Counted from the stretch's first letter, positions 34,938-44,284 are shown. The stretch: DNA of 64,000 nt from a virus (IMGVR_UViG_3300045996_000667:27546-91545), one strand, 5' to 3'. Translations and numbers: made by a program. Notes: a model not told the origin generated them from the letters alone.

Positions 34938-35510
34938 ATGATTACACTGTTCAGAGACGCAGCGCTGGAAGAGATTGCCAAGATCACTGTCAACTTCCGC
35001 AATGTGGCGATCGCCGGCGGCTACGCTGCCTGCCCTGACAAGGCTGGCGACATTGACGTGTGGCTGCTAGACCAAGACATTAAGGGCAGCACTTGGAACC
35101 TGCAACACAGCATAGCCCTTCAGATTGACCGGACTGTCAATGCTTTCCGCAGGTTCCCAGATGATGTCCCTGAGCATGTCCAGAAGGATTATCAGGATAC
35201 CACCTTCGCATTGCTACGCGCCTATCACAGCAAGGTGTCTGGCAAGACCGTGCAGATTCTAGCGGCACCTGAGAAGACCTTACAGGAACTGGTAAACCGG
35301 TTCGACGTGTCCACGCATGCCATCGGCTACATGCTGGCAGACCCGTTCACACTTGTAAAGGGTAAGAACTGGACACCGATTGACCAGCAGCCGAGGGCCT
35401 GTCATCTCAATACGCCGGACAGTACTCGCGAGCGACTCGTGAAGCTGTGCGCACGCTACGGATTTCAACTGGACAAGGCTGACGAGTTCCTCTTGGACCT
35501 GTCCACGTAA
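34938..35510 (+). CDS. nucleotidyltransferase-fold protein
   Basis: 'AIAGGYAAC...AGDIDVWL' resembles the minimal NTase motif G[GS]..DhD. Confidence 0.5.
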   Translation: MITLFRDAALEEIAKITVNFRNVAIAGGYAACPDKAGDIDVWLLDQDIKGSTWNLQHSIALQIDRTVNAFRRFPDDVPEHVQKDYQDTTFALLRAYHSKVSGKTVQILAAPEKTLQELVNRFDVSTHAIGYMLADPFTLVKGKNWTPIDQQPRACHLNTPDSTRERLVKLCARYGFQLDKADEFLLDLST

Positions 35511-35680
35511 TGTCGAACTACCAGTTCGCTGCGGTTCTGGCAGGAATCCCAGCGACACTAGGCATGGCACATCTGGCCATGTATCTGCGCTTTGGTATAC
35601 CTGCCGAAGGCTGGGCGTCGTTAACCTGCTTGTTCCTGTCAGTGCCAGGATGGGTCAAGCTTTTCAGGACTAAGAATAAG
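35510..35680 (+). CDS. small 2-TM membrane protein
   Basis: 56-aa hydrophobic ORF; TAAGTGA coupling to the next gene. Confidence 0.35.
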
Positions 35681-36978
35681 TGAGCTATCAGGCAATAGTT
35701 ACTAGTTTGCACAATGTGCGAAAGCATCCCAACGCGGATCGCTTGAACCTCGCCACTGTGCATGGCCACCAGGTGGTGGTCGGCCTCGAGGCCAAGGAAG
35801 GTGATCGAGGCGTGTTCTTCCCCTGCGACGGGCAACTCTCCGAGGCCATGGCCGAGGCTAACGACCTTGTCGGCTACACTGACCCAGCCACCGGAGAGAA
35901 GAAGGGTGGCTTCTTCGCGAAGAATCGCAGGGTGCGAGCGCAGAAGTTTCGTGGTGAGAAGTCTGACGGCTTCTTCATCGAGCTTGACAAATTGGCCTTT
36001 ACCGGCTATGATCTGTCTACTCTGGAGGACGGCTTCGCCTTCACAGAGCTAGGCGGCGTTCAGGTCTGTCAGAAGTATTACACTCCTGCCACGCGGGCCA
36101 AGATGTCCAGACCTGGTCAGGCGCGCAAGCAGCGCAACCTGATCTTCCCTGAGCACATCGACACAGCCCAGTTCCGCTACAACTCACATCGCATCCCTGT
36201 CGGCGCGGTCGTGTACATCACCGAGAAGGCGCATGGCACTTCTGGCAGGTATGGCAATGTGGCAGAGACGACGCCGATGTCAGGCTGGCAGAAGTTCTGG
36301 GCCAAGCTGGCAGGATTCATCGGAAGGTTTGACCCTGCAACAGAGTTCTTCGGCTATCAGCATCTGTCAGGCTCTCGCCGGGTAGTGCTGGACAAGCAGC
36401 CAGAAGCTGCCAGTTACTACGGGACCAACAGTTTCCGCGAGGACGTCGTCGCCGGCATCGAGCTGCACAAGGGCGAAGTGCTCTACTTCGAGATTGTTGG
36501 CGACGTGGCAGAAGGTCAGCCCATCATGCCTGTCCACACTGTCAAGGATGAACTGAAGGACATCCAGAAGCAGTATGGCAAGAAGATGGATTACAGGTAT
36601 GGCACATTGTCAGGCGAACACAAGATGCTTGTGTATCGTGTGACTCGGCTCAACGAGGACGGCGTCGAAACAGACCTGTCGTGGCAACAGGTCAAGCAGC
36701 GGTGCAAGGAGCTGGGCCTGCAGACTGTGCCGGAACTGGACATGATGTTCACGACTGACGATAGTGACATCTCTCGCCAGATGTTGACAGACACTGTCGA
36801 GGCGCTAACAGACGGCCCGTCAACACTGGACAGCTCGCACATTCGCGAGGGTGTCGTGGTGCGCGTCGAGTCTGACCAGGGCACGTGGTTCTTCAAGAAC
36901 AAGTCGTGGGCCTTCGGCGTACTGGAAGGCTACATCAAGGACTCGGACACCTACGTGGATACCGAGGAAGCAGCGTGA
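35680..36978 (+). CDS. RNA ligase (Rnl2-like) with N-terminal tRNA-binding (CsaA/Trbp111-like) domain
   Basis: N-terminal 'HPNADRLNLATVHGHQVVVGLEAKEGD...FPCDG'; ligase motif I 'ITEKAHGTSGR' (cf. T4 Rnl2 'EKIHGTN'); 'EGVVVRVE...FFKNKSWAF' motifs IV/V. Confidence 0.75.
   Translation: MSYQAIVTSLHNVRKHPNADRLNLATVHGHQVVVGLEAKEGDRGVFFPCDGQLSEAMAEANDLVGYTDPATGEKKGGFFAKNRRVRAQKFRGEKSDGFFIELDKLAFTGYDLSTLEDGFAFTELGGVQVCQKYYTPATRAKMSRPGQARKQRNLIFPEHIDTAQFRYNSHRIPVGAVVYITEKAHGTSGRYGNVAETTPMSGWQKFWAKLAGFIGRFDPATEFFGYQHLSGSRRVVLDKQPEAASYYGTNSFREDVVAGIELHKGEVLYFEIVGDVAEGQPIMPVHTVKDELKDIQKQYGKKMDYRYGTLSGEHKMLVYRVTRLNEDGVETDLSWQQVKQRCKELGLQTVPELDMMFTTDDSDISRQMLTDTVEALTDGPSTLDSSHIREGVVVRVESDQGTWFFKNKSWAFGVLEGYIKDSDTYVDTEEAA
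35707..35721. repeat. palindrome variant TTGCACAATGTGCGA
   Basis: Codons 10-14 of the RNA ligase gene. Confidence 0.85.
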
Positions 36979-37217
36979 ACGAATCGACACCAGAAGAAAT
37001 TGCCGCAGCCAAGGCGGTCAGGGGCCTCGCAGCGAACATCATCGCTCTCTGCGAGGGCTGGCCTCCACATGAGATTGCCGCAGCCCTAGCAATGGCGCTT
37101 GGGTTCGTATTAGCCACGGAGATGGATGAGCCGCACGATGTCCTCGAGGAAACCTACGACCAACTCACTGCCATTATTGACGACTTCAGAGAGTCCCTCC
37201 CAGCCGGATCCCTCTGA
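36975..37217 (+). CDS. hypothetical protein
   Basis: GTGA coupling; in frame with track ORF 36885..37217. Confidence 0.4.
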   Translation: MNESTPEEIAAAKAVRGLAANIIALCEGWPPHEIAAALAMALGFVLATEMDEPHDVLEETYDQLTAIIDDFRESLPAGSL

Positions 37218-37626
37218 GATCTACATCCCGACGACTCGGGAAATCTCGAAGCTGGTCACGTTCTACCTCAAGAACGTGCGCAACCACTCGAAGGACGAAT
37301 ACATCGGCCTGTTCAGGAACATCCAGGCGATGATGCGCCGGGGCCGAGTGACCATGAACGACGTCAGCGCCGCGCTCCAGAACTACGCAGCTGACGAATA
37401 CGTACGGTCGCTCGACCAGCGACTGCGCAAGCACATTCGCGTGTTCTTCAAGGAAGAGAACATCCTCCAGTGGATCACGCCTGTGCCCAAGAGCGGCAAG
37501 CAGCCTGAGGCATCCCTGTCCAACGTCGACAGGCTGACCGTTCGCAATAAGGGTGTCAACGTTCCCATCGCCGTGACGCCTGCCAAGACCTACGAGCCGG
37601 ACCCAGAATCTGACAATGCGCTATAA
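37126..37626 (+). CDS. hypothetical protein (start uncertain)
   Basis: ORF track; no in-frame start after the upstream stop, so it overlaps by 40-90 nt. Confidence 0.4.
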   Translation: MSRTMSSRKPTTNSLPLLTTSESPSQPDPSEIYIPTTREISKLVTFYLKNVRNHSKDEYIGLFRNIQAMMRRGRVTMNDVSAALQNYAADEYVRSLDQRLRKHIRVFFKEENILQWITPVPKSGKQPEASLSNVDRLTVRNKGVNVPIAVTPAKTYEPDPESDNAL

Positions 37627-38023
37627 CCTGACCCACCTAGAAGAACTGCGACACGTGCCCAACGTTGGCATGATTGTCGAGCAGATTGACCATGCTGCCA
37701 CAATCTCGTCAGACGAGATGCGCCGCTACGGCATCTCGCTACCGTCAGTTTTCCCAGGAGGACCACCAGTCGAAGGCAAAGTTGTCAGGCCGCCCATGAA
37801 GGCTGAGATTGATACGTATCTCAGGTTCTTAGTTGTTGACGCCTACATCGGCTTCATGGAATCGCGCACACAGGCCGACCAGGAGAAGCAGGAGATTCCA
37901 GACTCGGAAATCGAAGGCATCCTCTCGTATGTTGATCCCATGTTTGAGGTCAGCATTACGGGACTGGAAGGAGGCCCAGAAGGGTTCCTAACCGCACGAA
38001 TCGCACGTCGTCTCACTTGGTAA
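37616..38023 (+). CDS. hypothetical protein
   Basis: ORF track. Confidence 0.5.
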   Translation: MRYNLTHLEELRHVPNVGMIVEQIDHAATISSDEMRRYGISLPSVFPGGPPVEGKVVRPPMKAEIDTYLRFLVVDAYIGFMESRTQADQEKQEIPDSEIEGILSYVDPMFEVSITGLEGGPEGFLTARIARRLTW

Positions 38024-38433
38024 CACACGGTCTCAGCAACACTCCAGAATACAGGGTATGGGCAGCCGCCAAGAGCAGGTGCTCAAACCCTAACGACCCA
38101 GCATATCCGGAGTATGGCGGTAGAGGCATTCTAATGTGCGAGAGGTGGAGGATTAGTTTTTCATCCTTCATCTGCGATATGGGTCAGCGGCCTCCTAAGC
38201 ATACGCTGGAAAGAATCGACAACAACAAGGGCTATTCTCCTGATAACTGCAAGTGGGCCACGCAGTCGGAGCAAGCCCGTAACAAGCGCAAATATAAACA
38301 GAAGAATAAGCCGACTCACTGCGTGCGGGGCCACGACCTTAGCGCTGCAAAGATTCGAGCAAACGGTACAAGAATGTGCCGAACGTGTGACGCAATTCGT
38401 GCCAAGGGAAGACGTGCCGCTACCAATATATAG
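38017..38433 (+). CDS. HNH_3-family homing-endonuclease-like protein
   Basis: 'YGGRGILMCERWR...F..F..DMG.RP...LERIDNNKGYSPDNCKWAT..EQ..N'. Confidence 0.5.
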   Translation: MVTHGLSNTPEYRVWAAAKSRCSNPNDPAYPEYGGRGILMCERWRISFSSFICDMGQRPPKHTLERIDNNKGYSPDNCKWATQSEQARNKRKYKQKNKPTHCVRGHDLSAAKIRANGTRMCRTCDAIRAKGRRAATNI

Positions 38434-40198
38434 CAATGGTGAAGCTCTATCTTATGTTCAGTCCAAGGGTTGGAAACACAAAACCAGCGGTGAAGAACTG
38501 GTCCTCGAGATTTGCCCGTTTTGCGGCAAAGGCCCTTTTAAGTTCTATCTTAATAACTCAAGCGGCCTGTATTCCTGCAAGTTCGGCTCCTGCGGAGAAC
38601 AAGGAAACTTCTACCAGCTCCAGCGTCACCTCGGGGACAACGAGCCTGTATCCCCGCTTAAACAGCAGACCGAACAAAAGCCGACTAAGAGCTGGGCACT
38701 CTCTGAAATCGCCCACCTTGAGAAGGCGCTCCACGAGAGCGAGGCGGCGCTAGCCTATCTGACAGGCCGTGGCATCACGGCCGAAACTGCCAAGGCCTGG
38801 CACCTAGGCCTGAAGAAAGACAACAACGACGTCGAGTGGCTGCTTATACCCTACATCCATAACGGGGAGATTGTCGACGTCAAGTATCGCAGCCTGCCAC
38901 CGGCCGAGAAGCGCTTCCAGCGCAAGGGCGGCGGCATGTCCATTCTGTTCGGTCAGCATCTGCTCGACAAGCACAAGGGCGACGACGAGCGCGTCCTCTA
39001 CATGGTCGAGGGTGAGCTGGATGCCATCACCATGTGGCAGCAGGGCTTCTCGCCAGTCCTGTCAACTACGACAGGATCTGCTTCATTTGCTGTCGAATGG
39101 TACGACGCGATCGAGAAGTACAACCCCAACAAGGTTGTCATCTGCTACGACTCCGACGCCGCTGGCCAGAAGGGCGCCGAGAAGCACGTCAAGAAGTTCG
39201 AACAGGACAACCGGACAGTCCTGAATATCGTCCTGCCAGACGCTAAGGACGCGAACGAATACTTCCAGACTCACAGCTCTGAAGACTTCGAGCGCCTAGT
39301 CAAGGCTGCCGCCACCCAGGAGATGCCAAGCTGCCTGTCCATGTCGACAGTGCTTGACAAGCTTGAGGAGCAGCTCTGGCTGTCGACGGACGCCTTTGAC
39401 GGCATCCCTAGCCAGTTCGAAGACATCAATACCATGGTGGGCGGCGGCTATTGGAACGGTCAGCTTGTCGTTCTGTCAGGCACGTCAGGCACTGGCAAGA
39501 CTAGCTTCCTCTTACAGGAGCTACTCCATACTGCCAAGATGCAGAATCCGACATTCCTGATGTGTCTGGAAATGCCGACCATCATGATGATGCGCAAGAT
39601 CATCGAGAAGGAATACGGCGTTCCGATGCTGAAGATTCGGCAGGAGCACGTCGAGCAGTATCGTCAGAACCTGTCCAAGGTTCCACTCTATCTGGGTGAC
39701 AAGGGCAGCACGCTGGAAGATGTTGAGCAGACTATTAGGGCTGCCGTAAAGCGCTACGACCTGAAGTGTGTGGCCTTTGATAACCTGAACTACTTTGTCA
39801 GGAGCATCGAACACGAGGCCCAGGAAATCGGCAAGGTGACGAAGCGGATGAAGGAGCTGGCCGTAGAGCTCCATATCCCCATCATCATGGTCAGCCAGTT
39901 GCGCAAGTTCGATGACGAGCAGCGCGCCCCGCACAAGGGCGACTTGAAGGGCGCGAGCGCTATCGATCAAGACGCCGACTCCATCATCCTGCTATGGCGC
40001 CGACGAAACAAGTCAGAGGTCAAGACGTTCGGAGCTAACGGAGCTGGCTTCGTTGGCAACCAGTCGCCCTACACACTGGTCAGGGTCGACAAGGCACGCT
40101 ACGCCGCCGGCGGTGAGACTTACCTCTACTTCGAGGGCAGCAGGTCGACCTATCGCGATCTGACACCAGGTGAGCAGGAAGGAATGAGGAAGAGCTAA
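38387..40198 (+). CDS. bifunctional DNA primase/helicase (T7 gp4-like: Zn finger + TOPRIM + DnaB-like helicase)
   Basis: Cys4 finger 'CPFCG...CKFGSC'; TOPRIM 'MVEGELD', 'CYDSDAAG'; Walker A 'GTSGTGKTSFLL'; H4 'KGASAIDQDADSIILL'. Confidence 0.85.
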   Translation: MTQFVPREDVPLPIYSNGEALSYVQSKGWKHKTSGEELVLEICPFCGKGPFKFYLNNSSGLYSCKFGSCGEQGNFYQLQRHLGDNEPVSPLKQQTEQKPTKSWALSEIAHLEKALHESEAALAYLTGRGITAETAKAWHLGLKKDNNDVEWLLIPYIHNGEIVDVKYRSLPPAEKRFQRKGGGMSILFGQHLLDKHKGDDERVLYMVEGELDAITMWQQGFSPVLSTTTGSASFAVEWYDAIEKYNPNKVVICYDSDAAGQKGAEKHVKKFEQDNRTVLNIVLPDAKDANEYFQTHSSEDFERLVKAAATQEMPSCLSMSTVLDKLEEQLWLSTDAFDGIPSQFEDINTMVGGGYWNGQLVVLSGTSGTGKTSFLLQELLHTAKMQNPTFLMCLEMPTIMMMRKIIEKEYGVPMLKIRQEHVEQYRQNLSKVPLYLGDKGSTLEDVEQTIRAAVKRYDLKCVAFDNLNYFVRSIEHEAQEIGKVTKRMKELAVELHIPIIMVSQLRKFDDEQRAPHKGDLKGASAIDQDADSIILLWRRRNKSEVKTFGANGAGFVGNQSPYTLVRVDKARYAAGGETYLYFEGSRSTYRDLTPGEQEGMRKS

Positions 40199-40812
40199 TG
40201 CCTATTATCACTTCAGCGGACTCTCAACGAGCGCAGGCCATGCTCAATCAGGTGGCCAGCGAAACGAATTTCGGCAGTGGCAGCGACCGTACCGCCTTCC
40301 TGCGAGAAGTCGCGGCTCGCCTCGGTGGGAGCTGGGGCCTCGCTGGTTCGCCTGGATACCCGTACAACGACACGCTGGCGTGGTACACTGGACCGAACGC
40401 CAACGTCGTCATGTTCACGGTTTTGACCGACGGCAACGAGCTTCAGTGGCGCTTCAAAGGGGCGGAAGTAGGGGTCTGGCTAGACCCTGTCACGCTGAAA
40501 CGACGGAGCGAGGATGACGACGAAGAGACAGGACCCGGCCCAACGGGACCGCTCCCCCAGATCCCGCGCAACCTAGACCCACGAGCCATCAAGGTTGGAG
40601 AGCAGGTCGCCACACGAATCTTCAACACCGGAGCATTTGCCGAGGTCGGTGTCAAGGGAAAACAGGCGTCGTTCGGAATCCTAGCCATCTCTGCCGTCGC
40701 GGCTGTTGCAGCCGACTGGGCCATCAAACTGGCGCTGAAGGTGCCGAAGAAGCCGCCGACAGAGGACGACAAGGATGAGCTGGATGACAGGATTCAGGAC
40801 ATCTTCTCCTAG
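40198..40812 (+). CDS. hypothetical protein
   Basis: TAATG coupling; ORF track. Confidence 0.55.
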   Translation: MPIITSADSQRAQAMLNQVASETNFGSGSDRTAFLREVAARLGGSWGLAGSPGYPYNDTLAWYTGPNANVVMFTVLTDGNELQWRFKGAEVGVWLDPVTLKRRSEDDDEETGPGPTGPLPQIPRNLDPRAIKVGEQVATRIFNTGAFAEVGVKGKQASFGILAISAVAAVAADWAIKLALKVPKKPPTEDDKDELDDRIQDIFS

Positions 40813-40822
40813 CGTTTTTTGC

Positions 40823-40851
40823 TGGACACACACGCTAGTTTCGTGTATCAT
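40823..40851 (+). promoter_or_regulatory. promoter-like TGGACA-N17-TATCAT
   Basis: Preceded by a T6 run after the upstream stop; followed at 40891-40927 by a 9-bp perfect-stem hairpin (GGCTAGGAG/CTCCTAGCC) in the 5' UTR of the 40936 gene. Confidence 0.5.
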
Positions 40852-40935
40852 GTGTATTGTTACAAGCGTCGTTTACTCCATCAACCAAACGGCTAGGAGT
40901 GTTCCTTCAGGTGGGCTGCTCCTAGCCATTCCTCA

Positions 40936-41394
40936 ATGACGGTAGACGACGTTCATAACGAGTTGCACTTTGTGCAATACGAGCCGACGCTAAGAGGCAT
41001 CCAGGCGATCTGGAAGTCGATTCAGCAGAAGCAGTCCGAAGCTCGAAAAGATCCAAGCAAGGTCAAAGCCTACAAGGGGTTCCTGACACGCTGTATCACG
41101 AAGCTGAAGGACGACAAGATGTCCGACGAGCAGCAACTGTCGGCGGCTAAAGAATTCTGGGCCTGGTATGACCAGCAGGTCGAGCGGTACAAAATCGCTG
41201 AACTGCAGTCTCGCCGGTTCCCACCCTACTGGGAAGCATGGTCGGAGAAGCATCTCCCAGCCCAGTGGGCCGAAGTAATGATGGCGTTCAACGCCGTTAT
41301 TGAAGACACGTCCAAGCGGACGCTCGAGAACCTGAAGCGCGCTTACGTGGAGATGTTTCAAGCTTACGCGTCGTTTCATGCCGAGAGTAGTTGA
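40936..41394 (+). CDS. hypothetical protein
   Basis: ORF track. Confidence 0.5.
   Translation: MTVDDVHNELHFVQYEPTLRGIQAIWKSIQQKQSEARKDPSKVKAYKGFLTRCITKLKDDKMSDEQQLSAAKEFWAWYDQQVERYKIAELQSRRFPPYWEAWSEKHLPAQWAEVMMAFNAVIEDTSKRTLENLKRAYVEMFQAYASFHAESS
40963..40977. repeat. palindrome variant TTGCACTTTGTGCAA
   Basis: Codons 10-14 of the 40936 gene. Confidence 0.7.
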
Positions 41395-41587
41395 CGGGGT
41401 AGCCATCACTGAGAGGAATCGGTTCAGCGTTTACGTTCGACCGAAGGATAGCCAAGGGCTAGCAGACCTCCAGAAATGGCTCGCCGGGTTCACCAAGGCT
41501 GGCATCAGGGCGGCACTCATTCTCACTGATAAGGGATACGCGCTGTACCGTGCTGACATGGTGGACATGTTCGATGAAGTTGACTAA
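41378..41587 (+). CDS. hypothetical protein
   Basis: ORF track. Confidence 0.4.
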   Translation: MPRVVDGVAITERNRFSVYVRPKDSQGLADLQKWLAGFTKAGIRAALILTDKGYALYRADMVDMFDEVD

Positions 41588-41610
41588 TCGGCCGGTGCGC
41601 GCTCGCGCAC

Positions 41611-41958
41611 ATGGGCAACGGGGATAGGTATTACCGACAGGTCACTGCATCTGTCTTGAACCATTACATCGAGTTCGAAGATGGTCTAGTTCCAGGAGAG
41701 GCTGGAGACTATTTCGAGCCGAGGATTATCGACTACCGGATCGACGTCGAGCGGGCTGTTAAGGCTGAGCTTGGCCACCAGGGATTCGATGTCCTGCTAT
41801 ACATCCATAAGGATGGCATGACACATGCTGAAGCTCTGCAAATGGCTGGAGTGTATGAAAAGCATCCAGCGAGGCATGTGATCGACCTAGAGAAAAGGCT
41901 AGGAAAGGCGCTGGTCAGGAAGAATTTGCTTGACTTTACTCTCTACCTCAGGCGATAA
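41611..41958 (+). CDS. hypothetical protein
   Basis: ORF track. Confidence 0.5.
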   Translation: MGNGDRYYRQVTASVLNHYIEFEDGLVPGEAGDYFEPRIIDYRIDVERAVKAELGHQGFDVLLYIHKDGMTHAEALQMAGVYEKHPARHVIDLEKRLGKALVRKNLLDFTLYLRR

Positions 41959-42009
41959 TTCTTCCACATTCGTTGTTTTTCGTAACCCAGCGTCGTCGGA
42001 GCAGGAAGC

Positions 42010-42285
42010 GTGGACAAACTTCGTGTACTGGTCGAGCAAGCAATGCTGATGAGTATGCAGGTTGAGCAGAGAGAGTGCCCAATAGAAACGCATCAAGCCC
42101 GCGCGCAACCCTTTGTTGACCTCGTATGCAGCGTCGTTCAACGCTGCGCTGAAATCGCTGAGAGCTATGCCTGCATGAATGGCTACAGCGACGACTTGAG
42201 CGAGGAAATTTGCGACGGCACGAAGGACACAATCCTGCGAGCATACATCGCCGCAGACACAACAAAGGCTAGCGGCGGTCAGTAA
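42010..42285 (+). CDS. hypothetical protein
   Basis: GTG-GAC start. Confidence 0.45.
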   Translation: MDKLRVLVEQAMLMSMQVEQRECPIETHQARAQPFVDLVCSVVQRCAEIAESYACMNGYSDDLSEEICDGTKDTILRAYIAADTTKASGGQ

Positions 42286-42376
42286 ATCTACGGTCGATGA
42301 GGCTGGTCCATACGACAGCCTCATATTTCGGCCCTGTAATACAAGCAATTCTTGTGTATCTTGTGTAGGCATTCCT

Positions 42377-43033
42377 TTGACGTGTATAGCTGGACTCGTT
42401 GACCGAAGAACTGGCGACGTCTATCTGGGCGGTGACAGCGCTGCGGTGAACGAGGGCTTCGACATGATGACGATAAGCCAGCAGAAGGTTTTCGTCAAGG
42501 GACAGTTCGCCTTCGGATACGCTGGAGAATTCAGGTTCGGACAGATTCTCAGATCTCTGTTCAATCCTCCTTACTTCGACGGGTCTGTCAGCGTTGACGA
42601 CTTCCTGGCTGGGGAGTTCATGGACGAACTCAGGAAGACAGCCAAGGAACTGGGCTGGACTAGAACCGACTCAGACGGGCGCGACCAAGGTGGTCTTGCG
42701 CTCATTGGATTTCAGGGACGGATATTCATCATGCAGGAAAGCTTCGACATCATTGAGCCAGCTGACGGCGCAGCCTCGATTGGCGCAGGCCAGGCCTACG
42801 CCCTTGGCGCAATGAAGGTGCTTGGCGACTTCGGCGTGCCTCACGAGGAGGCCGTTCGCAAGGCCCTACAGGTGTCGGAATACTACTGCAGCGGTGTTCG
42901 TGCTCCGTTCCACATTGTGAAACTTGGTCTAACGGATGGAAAACAGGAGCGCCCGACAAGAAAGACTCGCGGCGGAAATTCTAAGCGAAATTCGGGAAAA
43001 GCGAGACGAACGACGCGAAGCAGCAATCAGTAG
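42377..43033 (+). CDS. HslV/proteasome-like N-terminal-nucleophile peptidase
   Basis: TTG start then Thr1: 'MTCIAGLVDRRTGDVYLGGDSAAV...VFVKGQFAFGYAGEF' parallels HslV '[21 protein letters not shown]...KVIAGFAGGTADAF'. Confidence 0.65.
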   Translation: MTCIAGLVDRRTGDVYLGGDSAAVNEGFDMMTISQQKVFVKGQFAFGYAGEFRFGQILRSLFNPPYFDGSVSVDDFLAGEFMDELRKTAKELGWTRTDSDGRDQGGLALIGFQGRIFIMQESFDIIEPADGAASIGAGQAYALGAMKVLGDFGVPHEEAVRKALQVSEYYCSGVRAPFHIVKLGLTDGKQERPTRKTRGGNSKRNSGKARRTTRSSNQ

Positions 43034-43244
43034 TCTGGCAGACGCCATCATTGCGGCTATCAGGCAGAGAGGCCTGACCCAGATTGAAGTCGCTGCTCTG
43101 TCTGGCAGTGCTCCCATGACTGTCAGCAGGCTTTACGGTCGTAACAACATGAAAATCTCCACTGCCGCCGACCTCGCCGGCGCAATGGGACTGCGGCTCA
43201 AGTTCTCGCTTGAGCCTGAAGAGGACAATGCAGAAACTGTTTAG
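42936..43244 (+). CDS. HTH XRE-family regulator
   Basis: 'GLTQIEVAALSGSAPMTVSRLYGRNNMKISTAADLAGAMGL'. Confidence 0.55.
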   Translation: MENRSARQERLAAEILSEIREKRDERREAAISSLADAIIAAIRQRGLTQIEVAALSGSAPMTVSRLYGRNNMKISTAADLAGAMGLRLKFSLEPEEDNAETV

Positions 43245-43458
43245 TTTGTTCCTGAAGTTCTGGAGCCAGACGCTCAAGCGCGAGGCCCAGGTCGAAGGCA
43301 TCAAGGAAGCGATCCAGTCAGTCAAGAACATGAAGGTCGCCCTGTCGGAAAGGATTCAGACCGACAAGGCCAACGCAACGGCTGCCATGATGGCGCTGGC
43401 TGCGGAAGTCAAGAAGCTGGACGACGCTCAGACCGACCTCGATGGCTTGGGGCTGTAG
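43210..43458 (+). CDS. hypothetical protein
   Basis: ORF track. Confidence 0.4.
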   Translation: MSLKRTMQKLFSLFLKFWSQTLKREAQVEGIKEAIQSVKNMKVALSERIQTDKANATAAMMALAAEVKKLDDAQTDLDGLGL

Positions 43459-44284
43459 GATCCTGCTCGACTCGTATGGTGGCCGCTCCCCACGGCTGAC
43501 CACTTTCGAGCTTACCTATCCGCGTTTCATCCACGCGGAGTTCATGACGCATCGCATGTTCTCAAGGAACGCTGCCAGCTCGCGGGCGATTCCTATTGAG
43601 AAGATGATCGAGATGGTCATGACCGATCCGGCAATGCCGGTGTGGTGGGGAAAGAACCAGAAGGGCATGCAGGCGCTGGAGCAGCTCGACGCTCCTACGC
43701 AGAAGAAGGCGGCCTACAGTTGGCTTAAGGCTAGAGACGAGGCTGTCGAGTCAGTTAGGTATCTCAATGGTCTTGACCTCCACAAGCAGCTTGCTAATCG
43801 ACTGCTAGAGCCGTGGATGTGGATCACCGTGATCTGCTCTGCCACCGAGTACAACAACTTCTTCAACCTGCGCGCTCACCCTGATGCCCAGCCCGAGTTC
43901 CAGAAGCTGGCAAGGATGATGGCGCGGGAATATCTCTACAACGTGCCAGAGGAACGGCACCTCCACGCTCCTTTGCTCCAGCCAGACGAATATGGCATGG
44001 ACGAGCTGGAGATGAAGGAAGTTTCTGTCGGCCGCTGCGCTCGCGTGTCATACCTGACCCACGATGGCAGGCGTGACAAGTCGGCAGACATTGACCTGCA
44101 TAACAGGCTGCTTGTCTCTGGCCATTGGTCACCATTCGAACACGTCGCTGAACTAGCCGAGGATCCCAAGGCGCGCAGTGGCAACTTCACTGGCTGGGTC
44201 CAGTATCGGAAACAGTTCCGCAACGAGAATCGTGAAACCTACAGCTACACTCCGGACATCATCTTTGCCGACAATCTGCGCTGA
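43442..44284 (+). CDS. thyX: flavin-dependent thymidylate synthase ThyX
   Basis: ThyX signature 'RHRMFSRNAASSRAIP' (RHRx7S). Confidence 0.85.
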   Translation: MAWGCRILLDSYGGRSPRLTTFELTYPRFIHAEFMTHRMFSRNAASSRAIPIEKMIEMVMTDPAMPVWWGKNQKGMQALEQLDAPTQKKAAYSWLKARDEAVESVRYLNGLDLHKQLANRLLEPWMWITVICSATEYNNFFNLRAHPDAQPEFQKLARMMAREYLYNVPEERHLHAPLLQPDEYGMDELEMKEVSVGRCARVSYLTHDGRRDKSADIDLHNRLLVSGHWSPFEHVAELAEDPKARSGNFTGWVQYRKQFRNENRETYSYTPDIIFADNLR

